Program-made: the position numbers and the translations under genes
Shown here: in pieces, positions 45,391-54,467 of the stretch
How positions within the stretch are numbered: the stretch's first letter is position 1
Layout of the letters: every line of letters starts with the position of its first letter
DNA from: an uncultured Bacteroidales bacterium
Lineage (GTDB): Bacteria; Bacteroidota; Bacteroidia; Bacteroidales; P3
Length of the DNA stretch: 64,000 nt
Direction of reading: 5' to 3'
NCBI GenBank assembly: GCA_947168665.1
Contig: CAMVMX010000010.1
Location: forward strand, 37,400 to 101,399
Notes under the pieces: model-generated
Seen by the model: only the letters and a program-made list of their open reading frames with translations
Database searches by the model: none
Told to the model about the DNA's origin: nothing

Positions 45391-46305
45391 ATGACTCAAC
45401 GCAACACTTTCTGCCGACGTTTCTCCGCCGTGATGCTGCTGGCGGTCCTCCTCGGCCCGCTGAACCCCGCCAAGCTCCGGGCTCAATCCCCGGCACCCGG
45501 ACTGGACATCTTCGCGGGACTCAGCGTCAATTTCCGCGATGTATACTATCGTCGCCAATACGACTTCCTCATCAACCTCACTCCCGGCTTCAGGTGGGAA
45601 ATGGGCAAAAACTGGCAGTTGACCGGCCAAGTTCTCGTACCCATAGTCAACCAGTACGGCAATTACGGCAACGGATTTAAGGTGAACAATTTCGCCCTCA
45701 GCAAAGAGCTGCGTCTGGGCAGCCTCCACGCCAAAGCCACCGCCGGCCTCTTCAGCCTCAACCGCTACGGTCTCGACCTCAAACTCTTCCTGCCGCTGAC
45801 TCGCTGGTTCGCCCTCGAAGCCCAGGGCGGATATATCGGCTGGCTCTACACCGACACCTACTGGCGCATCAACAGTCCCGACCGTTTCGTCGGCACCATT
45901 GGGGGCGACATCTACCTCAGCCAGTGGAACACACAGCTCAGAGGCGTCGCCGGCCTCTATGTCTACCGCGACTTCTGCCTCGAAGCCGAGGCCATGCGCC
46001 ACTTCAAGCACACAACCGTCAGCGTCTTTGCCCACTGGAGCGACACCTACAGCTATGACGCCGGCTTCAAAGTCATCGTCATGCTGCCCCCCTACCACCG
46101 CACCCGCCGCGCCGTCAACTTCCGGCCCGCCTCCAACTACAGGCTCTCCTACAGCGTCATGACCAACATCACCGGCAACCGCATCTACCGCACCGACCCC
46201 GAAGAGAACGAGCGCGACGGATGGTTCAGCCGCACCACCCTCGACTGGGGCAGCCACACCATGCAACCCGATTTCATCATCAACCAAAAGACCACCCAAG
46301 AATGA
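45391..46305 (+). CDS. YjbH-like outer-membrane beta-barrel protein (tentative)
   Basis: Signal peptide ...LLAVLLGPLNPAKLRAQ. Alternating beta-strand pattern. Paralogous in style to the next gene. Its stop overlaps the next ATG (ATGA). Confidence 0.5.
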   Translation: MTQRNTFCRRFSAVMLLAVLLGPLNPAKLRAQSPAPGLDIFAGLSVNFRDVYYRRQYDFLINLTPGFRWEMGKNWQLTGQVLVPIVNQYGNYGNGFKVNNFALSKELRLGSLHAKATAGLFSLNRYGLDLKLFLPLTRWFALEAQGGYIGWLYTDTYWRINSPDRFVGTIGGDIYLSQWNTQLRGVAGLYVYRDFCLEAEAMRHFKHTTVSVFAHWSDTYSYDAGFKVIVMLPPYHRTRRAVNFRPASNYRLSYSVMTNITGNRIYRTDPEENERDGWFSRTTLDWGSHTMQPDFIINQKTTQE

Positions 46306-47066
46306 GACGACACTTAGCCATCATAGTCCTCGCGGCCGCAGCCCTGCTGCCCCTTGCCAGCCGCGCACAGCAATATACAGGCCTCTCCGGCCTCATCCAC
46401 GTCCCCTCGGCCGAGATGAACCACGAGGGCGACGCCTCCCTCGGCATCCATTTCCTCAACAAGGCCATGACCCCCGACACGGGCTTCCTGCTCCTGGGCC
46501 AGAAGTACGACACCTACGACTACTACCTATCCCTCACCCCATTCCCCTGGATTGAATTCAGCTACGTTTGCGTCAAGCGCAAAAGCGCCGAATCCGAGCA
46601 ACTCTGGGACTACCACCGCAAAGACCGCTCGGCATCGCTCAAAATCCGCCCCATCAAAGAAGGCCGCTACCATCCCGCCATAGCCATCGGCACCAACGAC
46701 TTCGGCACCGGCATTTTCAAGAAAGACCGCACCGACGTGCAGCTCTATTTCTTCAACTACTATATCGCCGCCACCAAGCACCTGTCCTTCGGCGGCAACG
46801 AGCTGGGCGTCACCCTCGCCTACCGCCACTTCTATCGCGGCTACAACGCCAAGTGGAACGGACTGGTGGGCGGCGTGACCTTCCGCCCCGCCTTTTTCCC
46901 CCAGGCCCGCGCCGTGGTCGAATACACGGGCAACGAGTTCCAAGTGGGCCTCGACGCCCTCCTGTGGCGGCACCTCCGCCTCCAGGCCAGTCTCAAAGAC
47001 TTCAAATACCTCAACTTCGGGTTCAGCTTCCAAATCAACCTCCTTGGCGAAAAACATGCCTATTAG
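46302..47066 (+). CDS. YjbH domain-containing protein
   Basis: MRRHLAIIVLAAAALLPLASRAQQYTGLSGLIHVPSAEM... is typical of the YjbH N-terminus. Confidence 0.6.
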   Translation: MRRHLAIIVLAAAALLPLASRAQQYTGLSGLIHVPSAEMNHEGDASLGIHFLNKAMTPDTGFLLLGQKYDTYDYYLSLTPFPWIEFSYVCVKRKSAESEQLWDYHRKDRSASLKIRPIKEGRYHPAIAIGTNDFGTGIFKKDRTDVQLYFFNYYIAATKHLSFGGNELGVTLAYRHFYRGYNAKWNGLVGGVTFRPAFFPQARAVVEYTGNEFQVGLDALLWRHLRLQASLKDFKYLNFGFSFQINLLGEKHAY

Positions 47067-47260
47067 CACCCCGCGTCACGGCTTTTCGAACCCGTCGGCT
47101 CAAAAAAAAATCGAAAAAAAGTCACTCATCAAAAAAAAAATACTATCTTTGCATTGTTGAATAGAATGTTGCCAAGCGGCTTTTAAGGCTGTAAGGCAAC
47201 TTGGTTCAGCATATTAAGGACAACAAAACGGAATATAGAAACATAAAAATAATCAAAACG

Positions 47261-47638
47261 ATGAAGAAAAAGAAAGTCATCCTGTTCACTCTTGTGGCAG
47301 CTTTCGCTTTGGTCGCTGCCTTCAGCTACACCAGCTGCAGCAAAGTCGAGGCCGACCCCAACGTCCCCGTAGTCTACGACACCCTTCTCCCCCCGAAGGA
47401 TCCCACGTTGACCACCATCTGTCCCCACCACAGCGCGACCGACCCCGCACGCGTCATGATTATTGATGCTGCCGACCCCACCGCTATGGTTCACCACACC
47501 CATGAGTATATGGAAGGCGACTCTTGCCCCATCAGCACCTGCGAGTGGAACGGCCGTCACCACATCCACGAAGTCTACTTCTGGCGTGGCCATTTCGAAG
47601 ACAACTGGGAGCATCTCGGCGGTGGCACTATCGATTAA
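47261..47638 (+). CDS. Small His-rich lipoprotein, hypothetical
   Basis: MKKKKVILFTLVAAFALVAAFSYTSC lipobox. A TATCTTTG box lies ~110 nt upstream. Confidence 0.5.
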   Translation: MKKKKVILFTLVAAFALVAAFSYTSCSKVEADPNVPVVYDTLLPPKDPTLTTICPHHSATDPARVMIIDAADPTAMVHHTHEYMEGDSCPISTCEWNGRHHIHEVYFWRGHFEDNWEHLGGGTID

Positions 47639-47669
47639 ATGAGATAAGTTTTAGTTTGAATTTCATGTG

Positions 47670-47701
47670 AAATCCGTGTCGTTTGACACGGATTTTTTTT
47701 C
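47670..47701 (+). terminator. Rho-independent terminator
   Basis: aatccgtgtc gttt gacacggatt followed by a T8 run. Confidence 0.75.
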
Positions 47702-48072
47702 ATTCCTCCCGGCGGAGGCCCTTCCCCCGCACCTCCTCCAGCCCGCCTTCCACCCCCTTATGCCGCCACCCGGCCGGCCCGTTTTTCCTCGCCCCCTGCC
47801 GCCAGGTGCTTATGCCGCCCCCATGCCCTGCGGCCCACGGAGGCCTTGGCGGGCGGGCTCGCCCCCGGTTCGCTCATTCTTCGGCCGTTGTGCCTCGTTT
47901 CAACCCCATTTCATCGGCGCCCCTGCGGCGAAGTGGGTGGCCGCGGATTGGGGCGTGGAGTGCAATGAGCGGACTTGCACCGTGCCGGGCGGGCGGTGGG
48001 GGAGAGGGGAGGAAAGTGAGGGGGCGGTGGGGCTGCGATGGCGGCGCTAAGCGGGCCGGGGTCAGCACCTTG

Positions 48073-49455
48073 TTATTTGATGGCGACGCCCGTCTGCTGG
48101 GCAGAGTGGATGGTGAAGGTGGCGGTCTGGACGGCGTCGTAGTCGGTCTCGTCGTCCGGGCGGAGGATGACGATGTAGTTGCCGGGCATCAGGACGATGC
48201 GCTCGTTGATGTTGGCGGGGTCGAGGTCGCAGACCCATTCGAGGCCGTCGGGCTGCAGGGCGTAGATGCTGCCTGTGGCGGGGACGGGGGGCTTGGTGAG
48301 GGCCAGTTGGCCGGGCAGCGGGATTTGCAAGTCGGTGTCGGAGCCGCTGCGGATGGCTATGTTGTCGAGGTGGATGGCGGGGAGTGAGAGAATGTCGACG
48401 TCGTAGCGCCCGGCTAGGTAGTAGGCCTTGTCGTTGAGGCGCTGGGTGGCAAGGAGTGCGGGGTCGGCGTGGCGCCGCACGAAGATGGTGTAGTCGGGCA
48501 GCTGGAAGGAGGTGCGCTTGTTGGGCAGGTGGAGCCGTAGGCTGCCTTGGGGGGCTGTGATTTCGAGGCGGGTGTGCTGGCCGGGTTTGAAGCGGAGGTC
48601 GGTGAGTTGCACGGGCGGGCGGGTGGCGAGGGTGATGTCGTAGGCGAGCAGGGGGTCGAGGGCCAGGGTGTCGGGCGGGGTGTCGGTGCCGTAGTGGTGG
48701 ATGGTGGCGTGGCGGAGGGTGTGGGTGGAGTGGTCGAAGAGGGCCAGCGGGATGTCGGTCTCGTAGGGGTGGTGGTCGGCGTCGGTCACGTCGATGGTGA
48801 GGAGGGCTTGTTGGTCGGAGAGGAGGAGGATTTGGTAGAGGGTTTCGGCAAAGCGCTCTTCGTCGGAGAGGAGGGTGAAGCGGCCTGCGCAGTCGAGGGA
48901 GGTGGTGAAGTTTTCGGCGCTTCCGATGCCGATGATGAAGGTTTGCACCACGGCGCCGCTGCCGTTGACCCGGCGGGCGACGTCGCAGATGTCGCCGTCG
49001 CATTCGTCAAGGCCGTCGGTGATGATGAGCAGCAGGTTGCGCGATTGGGGCGAGCGGGGGAAGTCGTTGAGCGAGTTGGTGAGGGCGGAGGCGGCGGTGC
49101 AGCCGCCGTTGGGGACGAGGGTTTTGATTTTGCTGCGCAGTTTGTAGAGGTTGTCCGGGCCGAAGGGTACTTCGAGTTGGGTGCCGAGGTCGCGGTCGTT
49201 GAGGTGGCCGAAGACGCGCAGGGCTATGTCGATGTGGTGTTGGCCTTCGATGCTGTCGAGCAGCCGGAGGAGTACTTGCTGGGTGACTTTGATTTTGGAG
49301 TCGCTCTGCCATTTGTCCCACATGGAGTTGGAGCAGTCGAGTATGAGCAGCAGGTTGGTTTTTTCCTGCTTGGGGGATGGGGCTTTCTGGGCGCAGGCCG
49401 GAATCCACGCGCCGCATGCTGCGATGAGCATTATTGTTATGAGCAGTCTGCGCAT
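48073..49455 (-). CDS. VWA domain-containing lipoprotein
   Basis: Start taken at MRRLLITIMLIAACGAWIPAC (ATG 49455). LLLILDCSNSMWD contains the MIDAS DxSxS motif, followed by ...LLLIITDGLDECDGD. Confidence 0.75.
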   Translation of the reverse strand: MRRLLITIMLIAACGAWIPACAQKAPSPKQEKTNLLLILDCSNSMWDKWQSDSKIKVTQQVLLRLLDSIEGQHHIDIALRVFGHLNDRDLGTQLEVPFGPDNLYKLRSKIKTLVPNGGCTAASALTNSLNDFPRSPQSRNLLLIITDGLDECDGDICDVARRVNGSGAVVQTFIIGIGSAENFTTSLDCAGRFTLLSDEERFAETLYQILLLSDQQALLTIDVTDADHHPYETDIPLALFDHSTHTLRHATIHHYGTDTPPDTLALDPLLAYDITLATRPPVQLTDLRFKPGQHTRLEITAPQGSLRLHLPNKRTSFQLPDYTIFVRRHADPALLATQRLNDKAYYLAGRYDVDILSLPAIHLDNIAIRSGSDTDLQIPLPGQLALTKPPVPATGSIYALQPDGLEWVCDLDPANINERIVLMPGNYIVILRPDDETDYDAVQTATFTIHSAQQTGVAIK

Positions 49456-49479
49456 TGTGCTGTTGTGTTTTCGGGATTG

Positions 49480-49487
49480 CAAAGATA
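49480..49487 (-). promoter_or_regulatory. Candidate -7 promoter box (TATCTTTG on minus strand) for the VWA gene
   Basis: The plus strand reads caaagata. The box is 25-32 nt upstream of ATG 49455. Confidence 0.4.
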
Positions 49488-49572
49488 CGAAAAAGGTGCG
49501 GTGGGCTGAGGTGTTTTTGCCGGCAGGAGGGAGGGCGGTGGGCGGGGAGTGGGGGGTCGGACGGAAACGGAA

Positions 49573-49605
49573 CCGGCGGCCCCGGACGCAGTCCGGGGCC
49601 GCCGG
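49573..49605 (-). terminator. GC-rich hairpin after the transketolase N-subunit gene
   Basis: ccggcggccccggac gca gtccggggccgccgg, a 15-bp stem. Weak U-run. Confidence 0.45.
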
Positions 49606-49627
49606 AGGGGTATGGTGTGCGGTGGGG

Positions 49628-50476
49628 TTAGAAGTCGCCGAGGGTTTCGGGCAGTTGGGCGAGGGCGCGGGGGAGGTCGTCGGCGGAGAGGACGGAGCCG
49701 TGGTATTTGTTGATGCCTTGCATGAAGTCGACGCCGTAGCCCATCTCGGTGGTGAGGATGACGCAGACGGGGCTGCCGTGGCTGGTGAGGGCTTTGGCTT
49801 GGGCCATGCCGTCGAGCACTTGCTGCATGTCGTTGCCGTTGGCGATGGTGACGACGGTCCATTGGAAGGCTTCGAATTTGGCTTTGAGGTCGCCGAGGTC
49901 CATGACCTGCTGGGTGGTGCCGTCGATTTGCTGGTGGTTGTAGTCGATGGTGGCGATGAGGTTGTCGACGTGTTTGGCACCGGCGAACATGGCGGCTTCC
50001 CAGATTTGGCCTTCCTGCAGTTCGCCGTCGCCGTGGAGGGTGTAGACGAGGTGGTTGTCGGCGGTGAGTTTTTTGCCGAGGGCGGCGCCGATGCCGACGC
50101 TGAGGCCCTGGCCGAGGGAGCCGCTGGCCATGCGGATGCCGGGCAGGCCGTGCTCGGTGGAGGGGTGGCCCTGCAGACGGGTGCCGAACTGGCGGAAGGT
50201 TTTCAACTCGTCGACGGGGAAGAAGCCGCGGCGCGCCATGGTGCTGTAGATGACGGGGGTGATGTGGCCTTGGGAGACGAAGAGCATGTCTTGTCCCTGG
50301 CCGTCCATGGTGAAGTGGGCGGGGTCGTGGTCGAGGATGTTGAATTGCATGGCGGTCATCCAGTCGGCGGTGCCGAGGGAGCCACCGGGGTGGCCGGACT
50401 TGGCGGCGGTGGTCATGCGGAGTATGTCGCGACGCACTTGCGTGGCGATAGATTGGAGTTCTTTAGTGGTTTTCAT
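49628..50476 (-). CDS. Transketolase, N-terminal (TPP-binding) subunit
   Basis: Start taken at MKTTKELQSIATQVRRDILRM (ATG 50476). SGHPGGSLGTADW and GDGELQEGQIWEAAMFA are thiamine-diphosphate-binding motifs. Confidence 0.9.
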   Translation of the reverse strand: MKTTKELQSIATQVRRDILRMTTAAKSGHPGGSLGTADWMTAMQFNILDHDPAHFTMDGQGQDMLFVSQGHITPVIYSTMARRGFFPVDELKTFRQFGTRLQGHPSTEHGLPGIRMASGSLGQGLSVGIGAALGKKLTADNHLVYTLHGDGELQEGQIWEAAMFAGAKHVDNLIATIDYNHQQIDGTTQQVMDLGDLKAKFEAFQWTVVTIANGNDMQQVLDGMAQAKALTSHGSPVCVILTTEMGYGVDFMQGINKYHGSVLSADDLPRALAQLPETLGDF

Positions 50477-50517
50477 GTTGAGTATGAATTTGGAATGTAT
50501 TGAAAAGTGTGTATTTG

Positions 50518-50922
50518 TCAGAGGCGGAAGATGTATTGGCGGCTGTTCTGGTCGTAGCAGATGAGTTCTTCGCCTTGGCGGGTGCAGGTGACGGTGAGGG
50601 CGTTTTCGTGTTCGTCGGTGACGGTGCCTTTGCCTTTGTTGCCTTTCATGGTGATATGGCCCCATACGCGGCCGTTGGCTCCGTGGCCGGAGATGTAGAG
50701 GACTTCCTCTTTCTGGGGTTCTTTGCGCACTACGGGACGGGGAGCGGGTTTGACGGCTGGGGCTTCGATGATTTCGGGTTCGGGTTCGGGTTCGGGCTCC
50801 GGTTCGAAGGCTATGGTGTCGTAAACGGGCTCGTCGGGGGTCTGGCTGCGGTTGCACCCATAGAGCAGGACGGGTGCTACTGCCAACAGAATGAGTGCTA
50901 AACGGATTTTCTTGCTATTCAT
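50518..50922 (-). CDS. Hypothetical lipoprotein with (EP)n linker
   Basis: LLAVAPVLLYGC lipobox. FEPEPEPEPEPE repeat. Confidence 0.5.
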   Translation of the reverse strand: MNSKKIRLALILLAVAPVLLYGCNRSQTPDEPVYDTIAFEPEPEPEPEPEIIEAPAVKPAPRPVVRKEPQKEEVLYISGHGANGRVWGHITMKGNKGKGTVTDEHENALTVTCTRQGEELICYDQNSRQYIFRL

Positions 50923-51088
50923 TGTACACTATTATTTGAGAGTACAAAATTACACATTTCTTTTGAATAATGGAGCCTTTTTTGAAAAAATATTTTGGCA
51001 GTTCTGTTTGTATGAGAAAATAATCGTAACTTTGCAAACCCGCCCGTAGCGTCGATTGGTGGCGGATTGTGATGAATATTAAACAGAT

Positions 51089-53071
51089 ATGAATAAAAAA
51101 TCGATAGTAGGACTTGTCTTGATTTTCGCCATCTTTGTTGGCTACATGTGGTGGGTTGCCCCCAGTAAAGAGGAGATTGCCGAGCGGCAGCGCGTCAATG
51201 ATTCGATTCGCCAGGCTTATATGGACAGTGTGGCATACGCCGACAGCGTGGCGGCAGTGAAGGCTCACCTTGACAGTTTGGCTATGCAGGGCGACACCAA
51301 TGCCCAGCGGCAGCTGCAGATGCACCGCCGCGGCGACATGGGTGTGTTCAATGCCAGCGCTTTCGGCGACACGGTGAATGTGACGGTGAAGAATGAGCGC
51401 ATGGCTGTGACGTTTACTAATATGGGTGCGCAGGTGCGCGAGGTGGTGCTGAGTGAGTATACCACTTACGACAGTTTGCCGTTGCAGCTGATCAGTCCCG
51501 CCGACGATAATATGAATCTGATTTTCTCGACTGAGGACACGAGGGTGATTAATACTAAGGATTTGGTGTTTGTGCCTTATAGGGAGTATGGCGGCAAGTT
51601 GCTGAGGATTGATACCGACAGCGTGTATCAGATCGCCTCTAACGAGGCCATTGATTTGCATTTCCGCGCTTATGTGGGTGACAGCAACGGGATGAGCATG
51701 GACAGGTATGTGGAGTTCCATTATGTGGTGGGAGGCGATGAGTATGATGTGAATTTTGAGATTAATTTCCATGGGTTGAAGAATGTGGTGCGCGCCACGG
51801 ATTATATGGATTTTGAATGGCACAACCGGATGAACCGCCAGGAGAAGGTGGACGCTGGCAGCCGCGGCAGCCGGAACCGCCAGAAGGACCCGGAGAAGTT
51901 CTATTCGAGTATCTATTATAAGGCCGATGCCGATGTGGACGAGGTGGGCCGTGGCCGCGATGGGGAGAAGAATGTGAAGACCCGCGTGGAGTGGGTGGCT
52001 TTCAAACAGCAGTTCTTTGCAGCCATTTTGGTGGCGGACAGCACTTTCGAGAACGCTTATCTGAAGCAGGAGGCTGCCAAGGATGTGAAAGACCCGCACT
52101 ATCTGTGTGATATGAGCAGCACTATCGGGCTGACGTATGACAATGAGCGCGACTGCAGCATGGGGATGCACTTTTATTTCGGCCCCACGAAGTATCGCGA
52201 CTTGCGGGCTATGCATCGCGGTTTTGAGAAGATGCTGCCGTTGGGATGGTGGATTTTCTCGAAGTTTGTGAGTCGTTATCTGATTATTCCTGTCTTCAAC
52301 TTTTTGGAGACTTTCAATTGGAATTATGGCATTATCATCATAGTGTTTACCATCTTGCTGCGACTGGTGCTGTTCCCCTTGACATTCAAGTCGTATCAGG
52401 GGTCGGCCATTATGCGGATTCTGAAGCCTGAGATGGAGGCACTGAACAAGAAGTATCCCAATCCCGAACAGGCTTTGCAGAAGCAGCAGGAGATGAGCAA
52501 GCTGCAGAAGAAGGCGGGTTACAGCCCTGTGGCAGGATGTTTGCCTGTACTGTTGCAGATGCCTATCCTGACGGCTATGTTCATGTTCTACCCTGTGGCT
52601 ATAGAGTTGCGCCAAAAGCCTTTCCTGTGGTGCCAGGACCTTTCGACGTATGATAGTATTCTTGACCTTGGATTCAATATCCCGCTGTATGGCGACCACG
52701 TATCGCTGTTCTGTCTGCTGATGTTTGGCATGCAGTTCTTCTACACGTGGTATACAATGCGTGGGCAGCAGGCTCAGGCCAATATGCCGGGCATGAAGTT
52801 TATGATGTATTTTATGCCATTCATGATGCTCTTTATGTTCAACAGTATGGCCGCAGGATTGAACCTCTATTATTTCTGCTCTCTTACCATTACGATGTTG
52901 CAGATGGTGCTGATTCGGAAGTTTACCAGTGAGAAGAAAGTGCGCGCCCGTATGGCAGCCTATGACAGCAAGCACAAGAATGCTCCCCAGAAGAAGAGCA
53001 GTTTCCAGAAGCGTCTGGAGCAAATGCAACGGATGACGGAGGAGATGCAGAAACAGCAGAACAGGAGATGA
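51089..53071 (+). CDS. yidC: Membrane protein insertase YidC (long Bacteroidetes form)
   Basis: N-terminal TM followed by a large periplasmic domain. The conserved C-terminal core reads GIIIIVFTILLRLVLFPLTFKSYQGSAIMRILKPEMEALNKKY.... Confidence 0.9.
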   Translation: MNKKSIVGLVLIFAIFVGYMWWVAPSKEEIAERQRVNDSIRQAYMDSVAYADSVAAVKAHLDSLAMQGDTNAQRQLQMHRRGDMGVFNASAFGDTVNVTVKNERMAVTFTNMGAQVREVVLSEYTTYDSLPLQLISPADDNMNLIFSTEDTRVINTKDLVFVPYREYGGKLLRIDTDSVYQIASNEAIDLHFRAYVGDSNGMSMDRYVEFHYVVGGDEYDVNFEINFHGLKNVVRATDYMDFEWHNRMNRQEKVDAGSRGSRNRQKDPEKFYSSIYYKADADVDEVGRGRDGEKNVKTRVEWVAFKQQFFAAILVADSTFENAYLKQEAAKDVKDPHYLCDMSSTIGLTYDNERDCSMGMHFYFGPTKYRDLRAMHRGFEKMLPLGWWIFSKFVSRYLIIPVFNFLETFNWNYGIIIIVFTILLRLVLFPLTFKSYQGSAIMRILKPEMEALNKKYPNPEQALQKQQEMSKLQKKAGYSPVAGCLPVLLQMPILTAMFMFYPVAIELRQKPFLWCQDLSTYDSILDLGFNIPLYGDHVSLFCLLMFGMQFFYTWYTMRGQQAQANMPGMKFMMYFMPFMMLFMFNSMAAGLNLYYFCSLTITMLQMVLIRKFTSEKKVRARMAAYDSKHKNAPQKKSSFQKRLEQMQRMTEEMQKQQNRR

Positions 53072-53102
53072 TTATTAATCCTAAAAACTCAATAAAACTA
53101 TC

Positions 53103-54467
53103 ATGTTAGTAGCAATTGTCGCAACATTTATCATCGGATACGCCTGCATCGCGCTCGAGCATCCCTTGAAAGTAAACAAGACGGCCACAGCCCTTCTGCT
53201 GGGTGTATTATTGTGGACATTATATGCTTTTGCACACGTCCAGTTTGCGGGACTCATCCCGGAAGGTTCGACGTGGACCAATGAGCTGACACACCACCTT
53301 GGCTCCACAGCGGAGATTGTTTTCTTCCTGCTCGGTGCCATGACTATTGTCACGCTGGTGGACGAGTACCAGGGCTTCCGTATTATCACGGACCTGATTA
53401 CCACCCGCGACAAGAAGAAGCTCCTTTGGACGCTGAGCATCATTACCTTCTTCTTGTCGGCCATACTTGACAATATGACTACGGCCATTGTGATGTGTGC
53501 CCTGCTGCGCAAGCTCATAGCAGACCAGAAGGAGCGCTGGCTCTTTGCCGGTATGATTATTCTTGCCGCCAATGCCGGCGGAGCATGGAGCCCCATCGGC
53601 GACGTGACAACCATCATGCTCTGGATTGGTGGTCAGGTGACTACTGTCAACATTATGGTGAAGACTCTTCTTGCATCGTTGGCTTGCTTGGTGGTGCCTT
53701 GCGCCATACTGGGTGCTACGCTGAAGGGTGAAGTGGTGTCGCCAGACGACAGTGCAGAGGGAGTTGTCATCGACCAGAAGTGGCAGCGCCTCATCTTTTT
53801 TGTTGGCATCGCCGCTCTGGTGTTTGTCCCAGTCTTCAAAACCATCACCCATCTGCCGCCCTATCTGGGTATGCTCTTCGGTCTGTCCGTCCTGTGGGTT
53901 CTCACTGAGATTATCAGCCGCAAGCATTCGAAGGACAATGTCGCCCTGCCTACTGCATCGAAGACTCTCGAGCATATCGATACGCCCAGCATCCTTTTCT
54001 TCCTGGGTATCTTGATGGCTGTGGCTTGCCTCGAAACCTGCGGAGCCCTTGCCATTTTGGCGAGCGGCCTCAACAACACATTTATTGACATGCATGTGGG
54101 GTCAGAGCCAGTCGGCTTCTTCCTCATCGACCTTATTATCGGTGTCCTGTCGTCGATTATTGACAATGTGCCTCTGGTGGCAGCTTCGATGGGCATGTAT
54201 CCCATCCACGGTGCCGAGGTGATGTTCGATGTCAACCATCCTTTCTGGGAGTTCCTGGCCTACTGTGCTGGTACGGGTGGAAGCCTCCTCATTATCGGTT
54301 CGGCAGCTGGTGTGGCAGTCATGGGCATGGAGAAGATTGACTTTATCTGGTATCTGAAGAAAATCACTCCGCTGGCTTTCGCTGGCTACATTGCTGGTGC
54401 CATTGTGTTTATCTTGATGGATGTAACCCTTTTTGAGAAGATAGAATGGCTTCGAGATTTAGCATAG
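53103..54467 (+). CDS. nhaD: NhaD-type Na+/H+ antiporter (ArsB/NhaD permease superfamily)
   Basis: IIGYACIALEHPLKVNKTATALLLG...SAILDNMTTAIVM...SSIIDNVPLVAA are typical NhaD motifs. Confidence 0.75.
   Translation: MLVAIVATFIIGYACIALEHPLKVNKTATALLLGVLLWTLYAFAHVQFAGLIPEGSTWTNELTHHLGSTAEIVFFLLGAMTIVTLVDEYQGFRIITDLITTRDKKKLLWTLSIITFFLSAILDNMTTAIVMCALLRKLIADQKERWLFAGMIILAANAGGAWSPIGDVTTIMLWIGGQVTTVNIMVKTLLASLACLVVPCAILGATLKGEVVSPDDSAEGVVIDQKWQRLIFFVGIAALVFVPVFKTITHLPPYLGMLFGLSVLWVLTEIISRKHSKDNVALPTASKTLEHIDTPSILFFLGILMAVACLETCGALAILASGLNNTFIDMHVGSEPVGFFLIDLIIGVLSSIIDNVPLVAASMGMYPIHGAEVMFDVNHPFWEFLAYCAGTGGSLLIIGSAAGVAVMGMEKIDFIWYLKKITPLAFAGYIAGAIVFILMDVTLFEKIEWLRDLA

Noticed and set aside
43585-46299. 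ORFs 43585..45114 (+, 509 aa) and 45205..46299 (-, 364 aa)
   Set aside because: They are antisense to the alpha/beta hydrolase and the YjbH-like gene. The compositions are Arg/His/Gln-rich or Gly/Ala/Val/Glu-rich, with no signal peptides or motifs.
47702-48072. ~370-bp very GC-rich non-coding spacer between convergent genes (ORFs 47667..48050 and 47683..48387)
   Set aside because: The ORFs are Pro/Arg/Gly/Ala-rich with no motifs, and the second runs antisense into the VWA gene. No repeat or secondary-structure pattern is convincing. It may be a decayed gene, but I cannot support any call.
48062-50857. Upstream extensions and alternative frames around the VWA and transketolase-N genes (48073..49980 first 175 codons, 49628..50857 first 127 codons, 48062..49003, 48547..49509, 49151..50503)
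   Set aside because: The translations are Pro/Ser/Thr/Arg-rich nonsense. The extensions run through a terminator hairpin and a promoter box. Internal ATGs at 49455 and 50476 give a proper lipoprotein signal and a canonical transketolase N-terminus.
50915-53029. 704-aa ORF on the minus strand
   Set aside because: It lies entirely antisense to the well-supported yidC gene. The translation is His/Leu/Arg/Gln-rich and low-complexity with no recognisable motifs, and is typical of a shadow ORF.
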